From assembly GCA_964354405.1 (NCBI GenBank), contig CAYGZP010000001.1, positions 272,879 to 336,133 on the forward strand: a stretch of 63,255 nucleotides of DNA. Direction: 5' to 3'. The DNA comes from Candidatus Woesearchaeota archaeon. Its GTDB lineage: Archaea > Nanobdellota > Nanobdellia > Pacearchaeales > UBA284. The notes below the pieces were generated by a model that was not told the DNA's origin, searched no databases, and was given only the letters and a program-made list of their open reading frames with translations. The translations under genes and the position numbers were made by a program. Shown here one piece after another: positions 19,126-28,816 of the stretch (position 1 is the stretch's first letter; every line of letters begins with the position of its first letter).

Positions 19126-22100
19126 TCAATCAATTTTGATCTTATCTATTTCATTCATTATCTTCAAAGTTTCTGAGAGAATATTAACAATTTTGACATA
19201 GGTCTCAATTTCCGTATGGGTTAATTTTCTCCCTTTTCTACTCTTTAACCACTTATCCAATACTTGATATCCGCCGATATAAAAATTCCAAATATCTTCT
19301 GAAATATTTTCAAAGTATTGCTTTTCATTGATATATACTTTTTTATCTTTATATTTGACATACTCCACTTCATTAGAGCCAGAAATTTCAAATTTTGCTA
19401 TATTTTTATTAAAATTCTTTTTCATTAAATGCAATTCTATTAATTCAGAACCAAATTCAGATAATTTCTTGAATTTTTGATAGTCTTTGACAAAAGGAAT
19501 TCTTGGGAAATCTATTTTTAGGAATTCTTGGTATTTCTTTCTGTATGTTCGGGAGTGTAAGACTGCGTAAATATAACCTAATATTTCTTCGGGGCATATG
19601 TCTTTATTTGGATAGTGTTCAATAATACTTTTCAAGAATTCATCTGTAAAATTGCTATTTGATAGTTTTTTTGTCCCTGTTGATTTAAGGAGTTTTGTTT
19701 GTGATTCTTTATCAATCTTGCTCTCACAGTATAACGGAAAGACATATGCACTCTCGCTAGTTTTAGTTGAAATGAAGCAAATATCAGTAATATTTTCTGT
19801 GCATAATACGTGATTAAAGCAATCTCCAGACAATAGTCTTGTTGAGACAATCCCGATATTAGGTTTTTCAAATAATCTCATTACCTTTTCTCTGTGTCTT
19901 GTAATAAGGATAGTATCATAGAAAATCTTTTTCATGTCAAAAGGACGATAGCAGTAGTCTTTAATTTTCGAATTGAAGTTAATCTCATTCTTTAACGCCC
20001 GCACGAATTTTTTCTCTTCCTCTTTAGTACAATTAAGCTTCTTGCGGAATTCATCATCAATATCTTCATGTTTTAGTTTGGTTAACCTTTCTATTAATTC
20101 TTTAGGGGAATCTGTTACTATAAAACCATCTCTATGGGTTTTAACGCCTACACTATTAATTTTAAATATCTGGGACAGGGAGAAATTTTTATAATATTTA
20201 GTTTGACCTCCCATGTCTTTGTCTACAAAGAAGTAATATTCTTCTTTCGGTTTAATCTCTTTCCATGCAATACTCTTGAAGTTATGTTCGTAAAGAGCCT
20301 TATATTTCTCTTCTCTGGTACCAATTAATTCAGCATAATTAATTGACTTTTCCTTTGAATCTTTCTCCTTGATTAGTAACAGGATACTAACTCCTTGTTG
20401 AATATCAAATACATTTTCATCTTTTTCATTGCTCTGTACTCTCTTTGAAGAACCATGCAAATTTAAGATGTATACTTTATTGAAGACCCTTAGCAACTCT
20501 TTTCTTATTTGACGATGAATCACTCCATCTAAATATCTATTATTTGTAATAATACCCACTACACCTTCTTTATTTTGTTCAATTTTCCATTGTGCGAATC
20601 TAATAAACTTAATATAATCATCATCTAATGGTTGTATATTTCGTTCGTTCAAATCTTTCTTATAATCTTTCATCAATTTAGTTATCCATTCAGATTTATT
20701 AGAAGAACTGACTGAGTAGGGAGGATTTCCCATTACTACTAAAATAGGTTTTTCAATTTTAATGGTATTAGCCATCATAGTTTCATGGCTTAATTCTTTG
20801 AGGAAACCCTTAAGACTACTAATCGTCTCTTGAGGATCTAAGGTGTTAGTTAAGTATACTTGCACCCTTTCATTTCCATGAATCTCATATCCTTCTTGTT
20901 TAAGCAGTAATCCTAATTTCAGATGTGCTATAACATAAGGAGAAACCAATATCTCAAAACCATAGAAATGTTTTAGTAAATGATTTTCAACTTTACTTCT
21001 TTCAACGCCAGTTAATCCTGCTTTTCTAATCTCTTGCAAAGCCAAAACAAAAGTATTTGCTAAGAAAGTTCCCGTACCAGTTGCAAAATCTAATACATTC
21101 ACAGAATCATCTGCAAAACCAAGAGATTTTCCAAATTCTTTTTTTAATATCTCATTAATTGAGGTTGTAATGAAAGAGACAACAGGCTCAGGAGTATAAT
21201 AGACTCCTAAATGTTTTCTTTTTTCAGGATCATATTCTTTCAAAAAATCTTCATAAAAGTGAATGAAGGGGTCTTTGTAATGTTTTCCTTCAAATACAAA
21301 TTCTGAAAGAATCTTTTGAATGTCTGCGGCGTTTAAGAGATCTATAATTTCATCAACTATCCATGAGCAATTAGGGGGCAAATCATCACCAGCAATATTA
21401 GTAAATATTTTTTTGATAATTTTGATGCTTGATGGAATATATGTTGCGGCAGAGTCTCTATTCAATCCATCATGAGAACCAATTTTAGACAAAAATAAGC
21501 CATAAGTAATTGTTTGCGCATAAGCATCAACGCAATCATCGGGTTTTGCATCTTTTATTAATTCTTTAAAGGCTTCATAAAATTCATAGATTGGGCTTGT
21601 TTCTCCATTATTTTTTACTTGCTCTAAATCTTCATGCAGTTGTTCTTTAACAAGATCTCTTAATAGTTTAGCTCTTTTAGATAATTCATACGCTAATTCT
21701 GTAGCACTCTTTATTGTTGGCAAGGAGTAATCTAAAAATGATTTAAGAAGCTGTTTGAGTTTCTTTAAGTTCTCTTCATTAAACTCGCTTCCTTCCTTTA
21801 AATCTTCAAATTCAATTAAAGTAATATCTAATCTTATTTCTTTATTTCTTATAAGTATAAAACGTAGATAGTCAGTGAGAATGAGGTTGGGGATAGCATC
21901 ACTCATATATCTCTTTATTTGTTCGCTTTCCAGAATTTCTTTTAACCCCCTTTCTGAAGATATTAATCCCAAATCCTTAGCTTCAATATAACCTATCTTA
22001 ATATTATTTTTGAAACAACAAAAATCAGGCTGACCTATACCTTTAATTCTTTTATTCAAAGAAGAAACTTTTATAGGAAGTAAACTTTCTAAGAATTGAA

Positions 22101-22188
22101 TTAAAGTAGGATAAAACGTTGGCTCAGTAGATTGCCCTCTTTTGTATTCTCTTTTAATTTCTTGAAAGTATTTATTGAATAAATCCAT
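19126..22188 (-). CDS. Type IIG / helicase-less Type ISP-like restriction-modification enzyme (N6-adenine MTase)
   Basis: N-terminal PD..EAK nuclease; GVYYTP, motif I DFATGTGTF, motif IV GNPPY; C-terminal specificity domain with IGGYQVLDKWLK. Confidence 0.88.
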   Translation of the reverse strand: MDLFNKYFQEIKREYKRGQSTEPTFYPTLIQFLESLLPIKVSSLNKRIKGIGQPDFCCFKNNIKIGYIEAKDLGLISSERGLKEILESEQIKRYMSDAIPNLILTDYLRFILIRNKEIRLDITLIEFEDLKEGSEFNEENLKKLKQLLKSFLDYSLPTIKSATELAYELSKRAKLLRDLVKEQLHEDLEQVKNNGETSPIYEFYEAFKELIKDAKPDDCVDAYAQTITYGLFLSKIGSHDGLNRDSAATYIPSSIKIIKKIFTNIAGDDLPPNCSWIVDEIIDLLNAADIQKILSEFVFEGKHYKDPFIHFYEDFLKEYDPEKRKHLGVYYTPEPVVSFITTSINEILKKEFGKSLGFADDSVNVLDFATGTGTFLANTFVLALQEIRKAGLTGVERSKVENHLLKHFYGFEILVSPYVIAHLKLGLLLKQEGYEIHGNERVQVYLTNTLDPQETISSLKGFLKELSHETMMANTIKIEKPILVVMGNPPYSVSSSNKSEWITKLMKDYKKDLNERNIQPLDDDYIKFIRFAQWKIEQNKEGVVGIITNNRYLDGVIHRQIRKELLRVFNKVYILNLHGSSKRVQSNEKDENVFDIQQGVSILLLIKEKDSKEKSINYAELIGTREEKYKALYEHNFKSIAWKEIKPKEEYYFFVDKDMGGQTKYYKNFSLSQIFKINSVGVKTHRDGFIVTDSPKELIERLTKLKHEDIDDEFRKKLNCTKEEEKKFVRALKNEINFNSKIKDYCYRPFDMKKIFYDTILITRHREKVMRLFEKPNIGIVSTRLLSGDCFNHVLCTENITDICFISTKTSESAYVFPLYCESKIDKESQTKLLKSTGTKKLSNSNFTDEFLKSIIEHYPNKDICPEEILGYIYAVLHSRTYRKKYQEFLKIDFPRIPFVKDYQKFKKLSEFGSELIELHLMKKNFNKNIAKFEISGSNEVEYVKYKDKKVYINEKQYFENISEDIWNFYIGGYQVLDKWLKSRKGRKLTHTEIETYVKIVNILSETLKIMNEIDKIKID

Positions 22189-22219
22189 ATTCCCCTTAAG
22201 TCCCCCGCATTATAAAAAC

Positions 22220-22915
22220 TTAACCCTCATACGCCTTCCTTTGGTTTTTTAATCTAATTAACTCTTTTTCTAGCTTCATTATAGGTTCAGTGATTCTAAC
22301 ATAGTTATATTCATCTATTGCTTTAGCAAAAGTTCTCTTATCATCACCAAACTTTATATCCCCAAATTTTTCTTTCATTAATTCTAAAAATTTAATATAA
22401 TTCTCTACAGAATCCTTTTTGAAACCATAATATTCTCTTATTCTTCTATCCCACAAAATAAAAACTTTAGGATTTCTTAGATGCATTATCTTAGTAGCAC
22501 CAACAGATTTCACTTGATTTGAAAGAGCATTATAAATTGTAGTTATTTCTTTATTGAACTCTTCAAATTTTATCGTTCTAAATTCTTTCTCCCCTAATTT
22601 TTTGAATAATGGTTCAAGATTATTTATAGACTCATTAAATTTGTTAATGTCAAATTGTCTTATTAAGTACCTAAATCCTGCGAAATTCCAGGTTGCTAAG
22701 ATAAATAAATATGCTTCTAATTTATCTCCCCTATTCATAAGTTTTAGAAAGAGTGGATAAAGACTCCCTCTTTTTTCTGTTTCCTCAAATTCTTTAGGGG
22801 CGTTATCAAAATCAATTTGTGAAACTTTTTCTATTTTTTTACTTTCCTTATTTCTTAACTCTTTTAATAAATTTTTTACTTTTAATATTTCTTCACGAAG
22901 TTCTTTTTCATTCAT
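22220..22915 (-). CDS. Hypothetical protein with HhH-glycosylase-like motif
   Basis: VGATKIMHLRNPKVFILWDRRI resembles the HhH-like K..H...P..F..WD motif. Confidence 0.55.
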   Translation of the reverse strand: MNEKELREEILKVKNLLKELRNKESKKIEKVSQIDFDNAPKEFEETEKRGSLYPLFLKLMNRGDKLEAYLFILATWNFAGFRYLIRQFDINKFNESINNLEPLFKKLGEKEFRTIKFEEFNKEITTIYNALSNQVKSVGATKIMHLRNPKVFILWDRRIREYYGFKKDSVENYIKFLELMKEKFGDIKFGDDKRTFAKAIDEYNYVRITEPIMKLEKELIRLKNQRKAYEG

Positions 22916-23574
22916 TTTATTTTTTTGATTATTTCTTTAAAATCTACTTCTTTCATCTCTTTATATTTTGAAATTATTTCTTTTTTATCATATTTCTTTT
23001 TTAAATTTTCGTCCCCAAAAACCCACCTTGGATGAGCGGTTTGTTTAAATAAACAGAAAATATATTTTCTAATGTTGCCTTCATTATTTTCATATCTCTC
23101 TTCGAATTTCTTGCCGACATTCCTTGTCGTTTCAAAAATATAAAAAATTCTTTTTATTGGAATTCCAAACTTTTTGCTTATTCTATTTAATCTTTTTAAA
23201 TATTTTTTACCTTTTACTAATTCCCTATCCCAACCAACATTCGTCTTAATTTCAATAGCCGCCCAGTTCTTTTCATTTTTTTTAATAAGAATGTCTATTC
23301 TAACCTTCTTTTCTTTCTGTTCCAATAAAATTTCATAATTTTTTGATAAAACTAATTTTAAATAATGCGCAATTAAATCTTGGAATATATCTGCTATAGA
23401 GTAGTTTACATCTCTATTAATTTTCTTGCCATATCTTTCTTGTGCTTCCCTGATTCTGAATAAATCATAAAATATTTGTAAGGAAATATCTTGGAAGGGG
23501 ATTTTTTTACCTTTATTCGCTAAACTGTCTAAAAATTTCTTGAAATTAACTGAAATATCCGATTGAATTTTCAT
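22912..23574 (-). CDS. Putative PD-(D/E)xK endonuclease
   Basis: RIDILIK...AAIEIKT motif; basic protein; in an R-M context. Confidence 0.6.
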   Translation of the reverse strand: MKIQSDISVNFKKFLDSLANKGKKIPFQDISLQIFYDLFRIREAQERYGKKINRDVNYSIADIFQDLIAHYLKLVLSKNYEILLEQKEKKVRIDILIKKNEKNWAAIEIKTNVGWDRELVKGKKYLKRLNRISKKFGIPIKRIFYIFETTRNVGKKFEERYENNEGNIRKYIFCLFKQTAHPRWVFGDENLKKKYDKKEIISKYKEMKEVDFKEIIKKIK

Positions 23575-23596
23575 ATCTTCTTCCCTCCCACTTTTC

Positions 23597-23920
23597 TCAT
23601 TCCGTTTTGTACATAGTAATCAGTTGGACAATTATCTCATTTTCTAGACTTTCAGATATTTTGGTGGCCCACGTGCATTTTGTTTCTGGATCAAACAATG
23701 AGAGTATTCTGTGCGTTATTTTTCCAGCTAAATCTAATTTAAACTTCTCGAAGGCCTTAAAAAGGAGGACTATTTCCACGGGTTTCCTTTCCACCACAAT
23801 CTTTTTTAGTTCTTTGTTAAGGTTCTGTTCAAAATTAGGCCCCTTTATAGAAAATTGATAAATATTCCATTCATTCATATCTTGTATAGAATCTTTATCT
23901 TTAAAAATCCTTTTCTTCAA
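23597..23920 (-). CDS. Small protein resembling an isolated FtsZ C-terminal domain
   Basis: TTG start after SD GAGGGGGG. The C-terminal 60 aa align by eye with the C-terminal domain of the FtsZ in this window. Confidence 0.55.
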   Translation of the reverse strand: MKKRIFKDKDSIQDMNEWNIYQFSIKGPNFEQNLNKELKKIVVERKPVEIVLLFKAFEKFKLDLAGKITHRILSLFDPETKCTWATKISESLENEIIVQLITMYKTE

Positions 23921-24005
23921 ATCCCCCCTCCTTTTAACTTTTTCCCCATCATGCTCGTAGCCTAATGGTTCGCTTCAATAAAAAAAAGAAAACAAAAAAA
24001 TCAAA

Positions 24006-25224
24006 TTAAAAACTGATTAACTTAAGGCTCTGGCTTGTTGTCGTGAAATTCTTTGCCACAATGAACTTGCAGTTGCTTTTTTCAGCAGCTCGGATTATAT
24101 TCAAGGTTGCATTGCCGTCGATGACTAAACCGATGGTTTCTCCAGCTCTTAGCAATGCTCTTGGAACTTCGTTCATTGAAGTTTTTCTCAGCACTTCAAA
24201 ACTCTCTTCCTTCAAGCCGATTAAAAGCGCGCTCTTGGTGCCATCAATCTCATAAAGCCATCCCTGCAGATTGCTCATGTTNNNNNNNNNNNNNNNNNNN
24301 NNNNNNNNNNNNNNNNNNNNNNNNNNNNNNNNNNNNNNNNNNNNNNNNNNNNNNNNNNNNNNNNNNNNNNNNNNNNNNNNNTCTGCTCGTTCTCTTCAGA
24401 TATTTGTCCTTGAAATCTTCCACGCTCATCCTGTTTCTCAAACAAGTCACTATTTCTTTCTCAGTGAGCTCTTCAACTTCTTTTCCATCAGGTGCTCTTG
24501 CCACAAAAGCAACGCGGGCATTCTCTAGAACATCTCTTGCGATAAGCAATCCGCCTCTGTCGCCGTCCAAGAATAGAACAACTTGTTTTTCTTTGCTCAA
24601 GTCTTTGACAGCTTGCGGAACAACTGTCCCGTTCATGGCTATCGCGTTCTTTATTCCTGCCCTTAACAAAGTCATGACATCTGCTCTTCCCTCTACGACA
24701 ATTATCTCTTCAGAAGTTTCTATGTCCGGCCCTGCAGCCAATAGCTCTTTGCCATAATCGCGAACTTTTGAAGTTCTCGAGTGGCTTACAATGTCTTGCT
24801 GCATTTCTCTTAGCTCGGGTGCATTTCCCTGGAACTTTTCTATAAGTTTCTTCGCTCTCTCTAGAATGTATTCTCTTTTGGAGCTTCTGACATCTTCAAT
24901 GCTTTTGATCTCGAATTTTGCGTCACATGGCCCAACTCTATCAATAGTCTCGATAGCAGCTGCTATGATTGTGGTTTCTGATTTATCTATAGATGTAGGA
25001 ATCTCAACAGTCCCAGTGGTTTTAGACTCACTGACTGTCATATTCGCGTCTATTCTACCTATTTTCCCTTTCTTTTGTAGCTCTCGGAGCTCTAGCTCTT
25101 CGCCTAACAGCCCTTCTGTCTGGCCGAAAATCGCGCCTATGACATCAGGCTTCTCAACAACACCTTCTGCAGTGAAATTTGCATAAATGATGTACTTTAT
25201 TGAAGGGGGTGATACTTTTCCCAT
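24006..25224 (-). CDS. dnaG: Archaeal DnaG-type primase (spans assembly gap)
   Basis: GVVEKPDVIGAIFGQTEGLLG; TOPRIM VVEGRAD and FLDGDRGG. The C-terminal part continues beyond the N-run to the stop at 24006. Confidence 0.92.
24282..24381. other. Assembly gap (100 N)
   Basis: Run of n bases. Confidence 1.
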
Positions 25225-25343
25225 TTTTCCTCCTTCACATTATCTCATTCACTACAGAATTCACTCAATACACTTCAACTGATTCAACTATAAAACAATC
25301 CAACCCTTTTAATTAAACTTAATAAATAAGCATTAAATTGAAG

Positions 25344-25442
25344 GTGATTCGTGATTGTTATTCGTGAAAGTTGATTCGTGATCTGTGAATTCTTGATATG
25401 TGATCTGTGATATGTGATTTATTTATTTGTGATATTTGATAT
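25344..25442 (+). repeat. Degenerate heptamer tandem array (GTGATHY, about 13 units)
   Basis: GTGA at 25344, 25351, 25364, 25378, 25385, 25400, 25407, 25414 and 25429, with TTGA/GTTA variants filling the roughly 7-nt register. Confidence 0.75.
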
Positions 25443-25539
25443 ATTATAAAAATCGCAGGAGTATTTAAAGCTTTTGAGGGCGATAGGGCAATATTTAAAT
25501 AATTATGAGAATATAATAATGAAATAAAAAGAGGCGAAA

Positions 25540-26112
25540 ATGAGCTTGAAACACACCATCATTCTTTTATTTATTCTGGTTTCTTTTCTCATTGTTTTTA
25601 GTGTGTGCGTGGCAGGACAGAGTGAAAATGGTGTTGCCCTTAGTTTGGACATGAATATTATCAAGTCTCAAATTATTCTTCCAGAGCCCCTTATAGCTAA
25701 AGTAGAGATTTATAAATTTGGAAGCGCTGGAAGAATGGATATTATAGTGAATAAAGTGATTAAGGATTCGAAAGGCATTGTGGTTTATTCAAGCCAGAAG
25801 ACAATTGCACTTGAAACTTCTGTTTCATTTATTGATACTATGGATCTGCAGAAAACACTGGCGCCGGGAATCTATACTCTTGTTGTTTCAGCCAATTATG
25901 ATAGTAAGACTGCTTCAAAGACAGAGACTTTTGAAATAATGGAAGAAAAGTTCCATGTAACTGTTCTGACTGTAGTCGGTGCTATAGTTATAATCACTTT
26001 CATCTCGATTCTAATTGTTATTTTCAGAAGATTGAAAAAAATAAACGAGCTTATGAGAAAGTTATATAAATCCAAAGACTTTGAAAAAGATATAAAAGGG
26101 AGTTTTATGTAA
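25540..26112 (+). CDS. Secreted/membrane-anchored Ig-like domain protein
   Basis: Signal peptide, LAPGIYTL beta motif and C-terminal TM. Confidence 0.7.
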   Translation: MSLKHTIILLFILVSFLIVFSVCVAGQSENGVALSLDMNIIKSQIILPEPLIAKVEIYKFGSAGRMDIIVNKVIKDSKGIVVYSSQKTIALETSVSFIDTMDLQKTLAPGIYTLVVSANYDSKTASKTETFEIMEEKFHVTVLTVVGAIVIITFISILIVIFRRLKKINELMRKLYKSKDFEKDIKGSFM

Positions 26113-26113
26113 G

Positions 26114-26881
26114 ATGGACACTATCAGACTTGTTATAGAGATATTATTAATAGCAACCTATCTTGCCCTTGCTGTCGGATTATATATTTTCTTTAGATTT
26201 ATAACGCTGCTCAACAAAGCAAAATACAGCAACAAAAATATCAATGAAGATAATATGCCTGCAATAAAGATGCTGAACATGCTTGTTTTATCTATTTTTA
26301 TTCTTGCAATAGCGCACGCGTTTTACTTCATGTTTATCAGCGATGTAATGTCAATAAATTTTCTATTCATTTTTTATACACTATTTTTTGTTTCATCTTT
26401 CTATATATTCAACTTGGCAAACAAATTATCTATCATAAACATAAAATCAGCCAAAGATAATACTGCTAAAGACTACATCATATATGTCTACTGGTTTGTT
26501 TATTTTTTCCTTAATTTGTTTTTTATAATAAATATGCCAAATTCTAATCTGTTGGTGTCTCAACTTCTTTTTTCTTTATTTTCCCAACTTTTCATTGGTT
26601 CAACGTTTATATTAATAGCATTTTTACAGAGAACTTATTCTAAGAGTAAGTCTGTGTTCTGGTTATTGCTTATAGCAGGGCTAATGCTGCCGATTGGTGT
26701 TACTATTAATATGGCCGGCTATTCTATCTTCTCTTCAAACTATCTTTTAACGAGGCTCATGGATTCTTTAATTAAATTTATAGCATCTGTGCTTTTCTTG
26801 ACAGGGATGATAAAATTAACCAAGCTGACTTATCTCAAACTAGATGGTTTTTACAGAGATCATATAAGAAAAAAGAGATAA
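26114..26881 (+). CDS. Polytopic membrane protein (about 7 TM)
   Basis: Repeated hydrophobic helices. Confidence 0.7.
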   Translation: MDTIRLVIEILLIATYLALAVGLYIFFRFITLLNKAKYSNKNINEDNMPAIKMLNMLVLSIFILAIAHAFYFMFISDVMSINFLFIFYTLFFVSSFYIFNLANKLSIINIKSAKDNTAKDYIIYVYWFVYFFLNLFFIINMPNSNLLVSQLLFSLFSQLFIGSTFILIAFLQRTYSKSKSVFWLLLIAGLMLPIGVTINMAGYSIFSSNYLLTRLMDSLIKFIASVLFLTGMIKLTKLTYLKLDGFYRDHIRKKR

Positions 26882-27033
26882 AAAGCGAACTTATTCTTTT
26901 TTTATGTTAATATTAATGAGAGTAGTGCAGGATGACATCAGCCGCACAATAAGTCAATGTTCAAAGGTTTCTACCACTACTTTTAAATGATAACATAGGA
27001 AAAGTATAAAAATGCCAAGGAGTTTAAAATAAC

Positions 27034-27372
27034 ATGACAATTGATAGTGTTTTTGATATGGATTCCATGAAAGAGCGAGCTAAAGAAGTAATAGAAGAGT
27101 CAAAAGATATAGCTTATGTAGTAAATGTGTTACATACGGGGATAGTAAAAGAGCAGGTTAAATTAAGGGCCATAAAATTTTTGAATAAGCGAGACGACCC
27201 CCAAGCAGATTCCAACGCTCAACAAATTGAAAAATTATTAGGATCAATAGAAAAACAAAACGGATACAAACAAATCTATGAAATAATTTTTAATTCTTAT
27301 AATTATATCAGAAAAGTTGCTGGGAAAGAGGGATATCGCCCATCAATTAAACAAGAAAATCCTTCTCACTGA
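27034..27372 (+). CDS. Hypothetical protein
   Basis: 112-aa ORF with upstream AGGAG. Confidence 0.55.
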   Translation: MTIDSVFDMDSMKERAKEVIEESKDIAYVVNVLHTGIVKEQVKLRAIKFLNKRDDPQADSNAQQIEKLLGSIEKQNGYKQIYEIIFNSYNYIRKVAGKEGYRPSIKQENPSH

Positions 27373-28648
27373 GTCTAGGATTGAACTCTTTTGCTAAGTT
27401 CTGAAGCATAAGCTGTTTGGCTTTCTTAGAGTCTTTTTCCTTGCCCAAGACAAAGCCCAACTTCACGAATGCAGTTTCCGGGAGTATATCTTTCAAAAAT
27501 AAAACTCCGACTTTTTCAAACTCTCTTCCTGCTGAATAAACAAATGGATCCAATGTCCCATATAGAGTTTGGCAGGCAAAACACACAACAATATCTTTCT
27601 TAACAGCTTCTTTAAGCTTGCTGAGCCATGAGAATTTTCCCTCGCTAGCAACATGCCCGAATCCAGTTGCCTCGATGACAATTCCTTTATATCCATTCTT
27701 GATGAAAAAATCTAATAATTCTGGAGAAGAGTTAGGATGCCATTTGACTAGTGCAACTTTATCTTCAAATGTTGCTTCTGCCTTTGCTTTTCCTTTGTCA
27801 TTTCTCTTGTTGAAAGTCCCATAGCTTTCAATTTTGCCATCATCATATATTGTTGCTAAAGGCTTTGCGTTTATTGGCCTAAATGTGTCTCTTCGGCTCG
27901 TGTGCATTTTTCTTACTTTTGTTCCTCTCAGCGCAAAACAAAAGTTGTCTTGGGTTGTGGCATGCGAGACAATCATGACTTCAGCGATATCGCTGAGCGC
28001 AGCATAAGCTGAGCATGTGAGATTTAACAAAGCATCTGTCGAGCCCCTGTCAATGCTTCTCTGTGAGCATGTGAGAACAACTGGTTTGTTTAATTTTCCT
28101 AACATAAATGATAATGCGGAGGCAATATAATGTAATGTATCAGTCCCTGCCAAGATTATACAACCTTTGATGTTTGGCTTGTTCAAAGCTTTTTCAACTG
28201 ACATCGCTAACTTTTTCCAGTCATCAGCCGAGATGTTTTCACTCCAAATCATGAAAGGGCTTTCGATAATTGGCTTGGCTATTTCCTGGAGTTTTGGTGC
28301 TGTTGTGATTATATCCTCTGGCTTTGTCAAAGGCCTCACAGCTCCTGTCTTGTAGTCAACTCGGGATGAGATTGTGCCTCCTGTGACAATAACAGCAATC
28401 TCAGGCAAGTTAGCTCTGAACTTGAGCTCCTTGATTTCTTCCTTGATTTCAGCCTTTTCCTTTATCTCTTCAATGTTTTTGATTTTTGTTTTCTCTATGC
28501 CAATATTATAGCCGCTCTTTAGCTTCAGCAAGATGATGGAAGGATCATAAGTCTCGAGAACAGTTCCTTGAAACTCCTGCTTCTCCAAGATAATTTGGAC
28601 TTTCTTGCCGGTGAACTTATCAAAACTTTCTTTTTTCCCTTTTTCCAT
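27347..28648 (-). CDS. gatD: Glutamyl-tRNA(Gln) amidotransferase subunit D
   Basis: KLKSGYNIG N-domain; TGGTISSRVDYKTGAV, GTDT, SQRSIDRG and KMHTSRRD. Confidence 0.94.
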   Translation of the reverse strand: MEKGKKESFDKFTGKKVQIILEKQEFQGTVLETYDPSIILLKLKSGYNIGIEKTKIKNIEEIKEKAEIKEEIKELKFRANLPEIAVIVTGGTISSRVDYKTGAVRPLTKPEDIITTAPKLQEIAKPIIESPFMIWSENISADDWKKLAMSVEKALNKPNIKGCIILAGTDTLHYIASALSFMLGKLNKPVVLTCSQRSIDRGSTDALLNLTCSAYAALSDIAEVMIVSHATTQDNFCFALRGTKVRKMHTSRRDTFRPINAKPLATIYDDGKIESYGTFNKRNDKGKAKAEATFEDKVALVKWHPNSSPELLDFFIKNGYKGIVIEATGFGHVASEGKFSWLSKLKEAVKKDIVVCFACQTLYGTLDPFVYSAGREFEKVGVLFLKDILPETAFVKLGFVLGKEKDSKKAKQLMLQNLAKEFNPRLSEKDFLV

Positions 28649-28816
28649 GTTAAATTATTAAGTATTATTGAATTTTTAATATAAATTAATATAAAAAACT
28701 ATCTGAACAGCCTCTAAAACTAATCTATATACTACAATATATATTTTACAATATATAGGTTTACTTGCAACAATGTATTTAAACTATTTTCAGCTAGAAT
28801 GTTTAAATAAAAATTT

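Larger units (their letters stand above)
17197..23920 (-). mobile_element. AT-rich defence/DNA-modification island (6 co-oriented genes)
   Basis: Lower GC than tuf and dnaG; R-M gene, nuclease and TcmP/radical SAM pair; strong SD motifs. No integrase seen. Confidence 0.6.

Noticed and set aside
24006..24278. Separate 90-aa gene, or a dnaG pseudogene
   Set aside because: It is the DnaG C-terminus separated by a 100-N placeholder gap; the frame change is a scaffold artefact.
26961..26980. Purine riboswitch (GGTTTCTACC) or hammerhead
   Set aside because: Only one short motif matches; the other conserved loops and core elements are absent.
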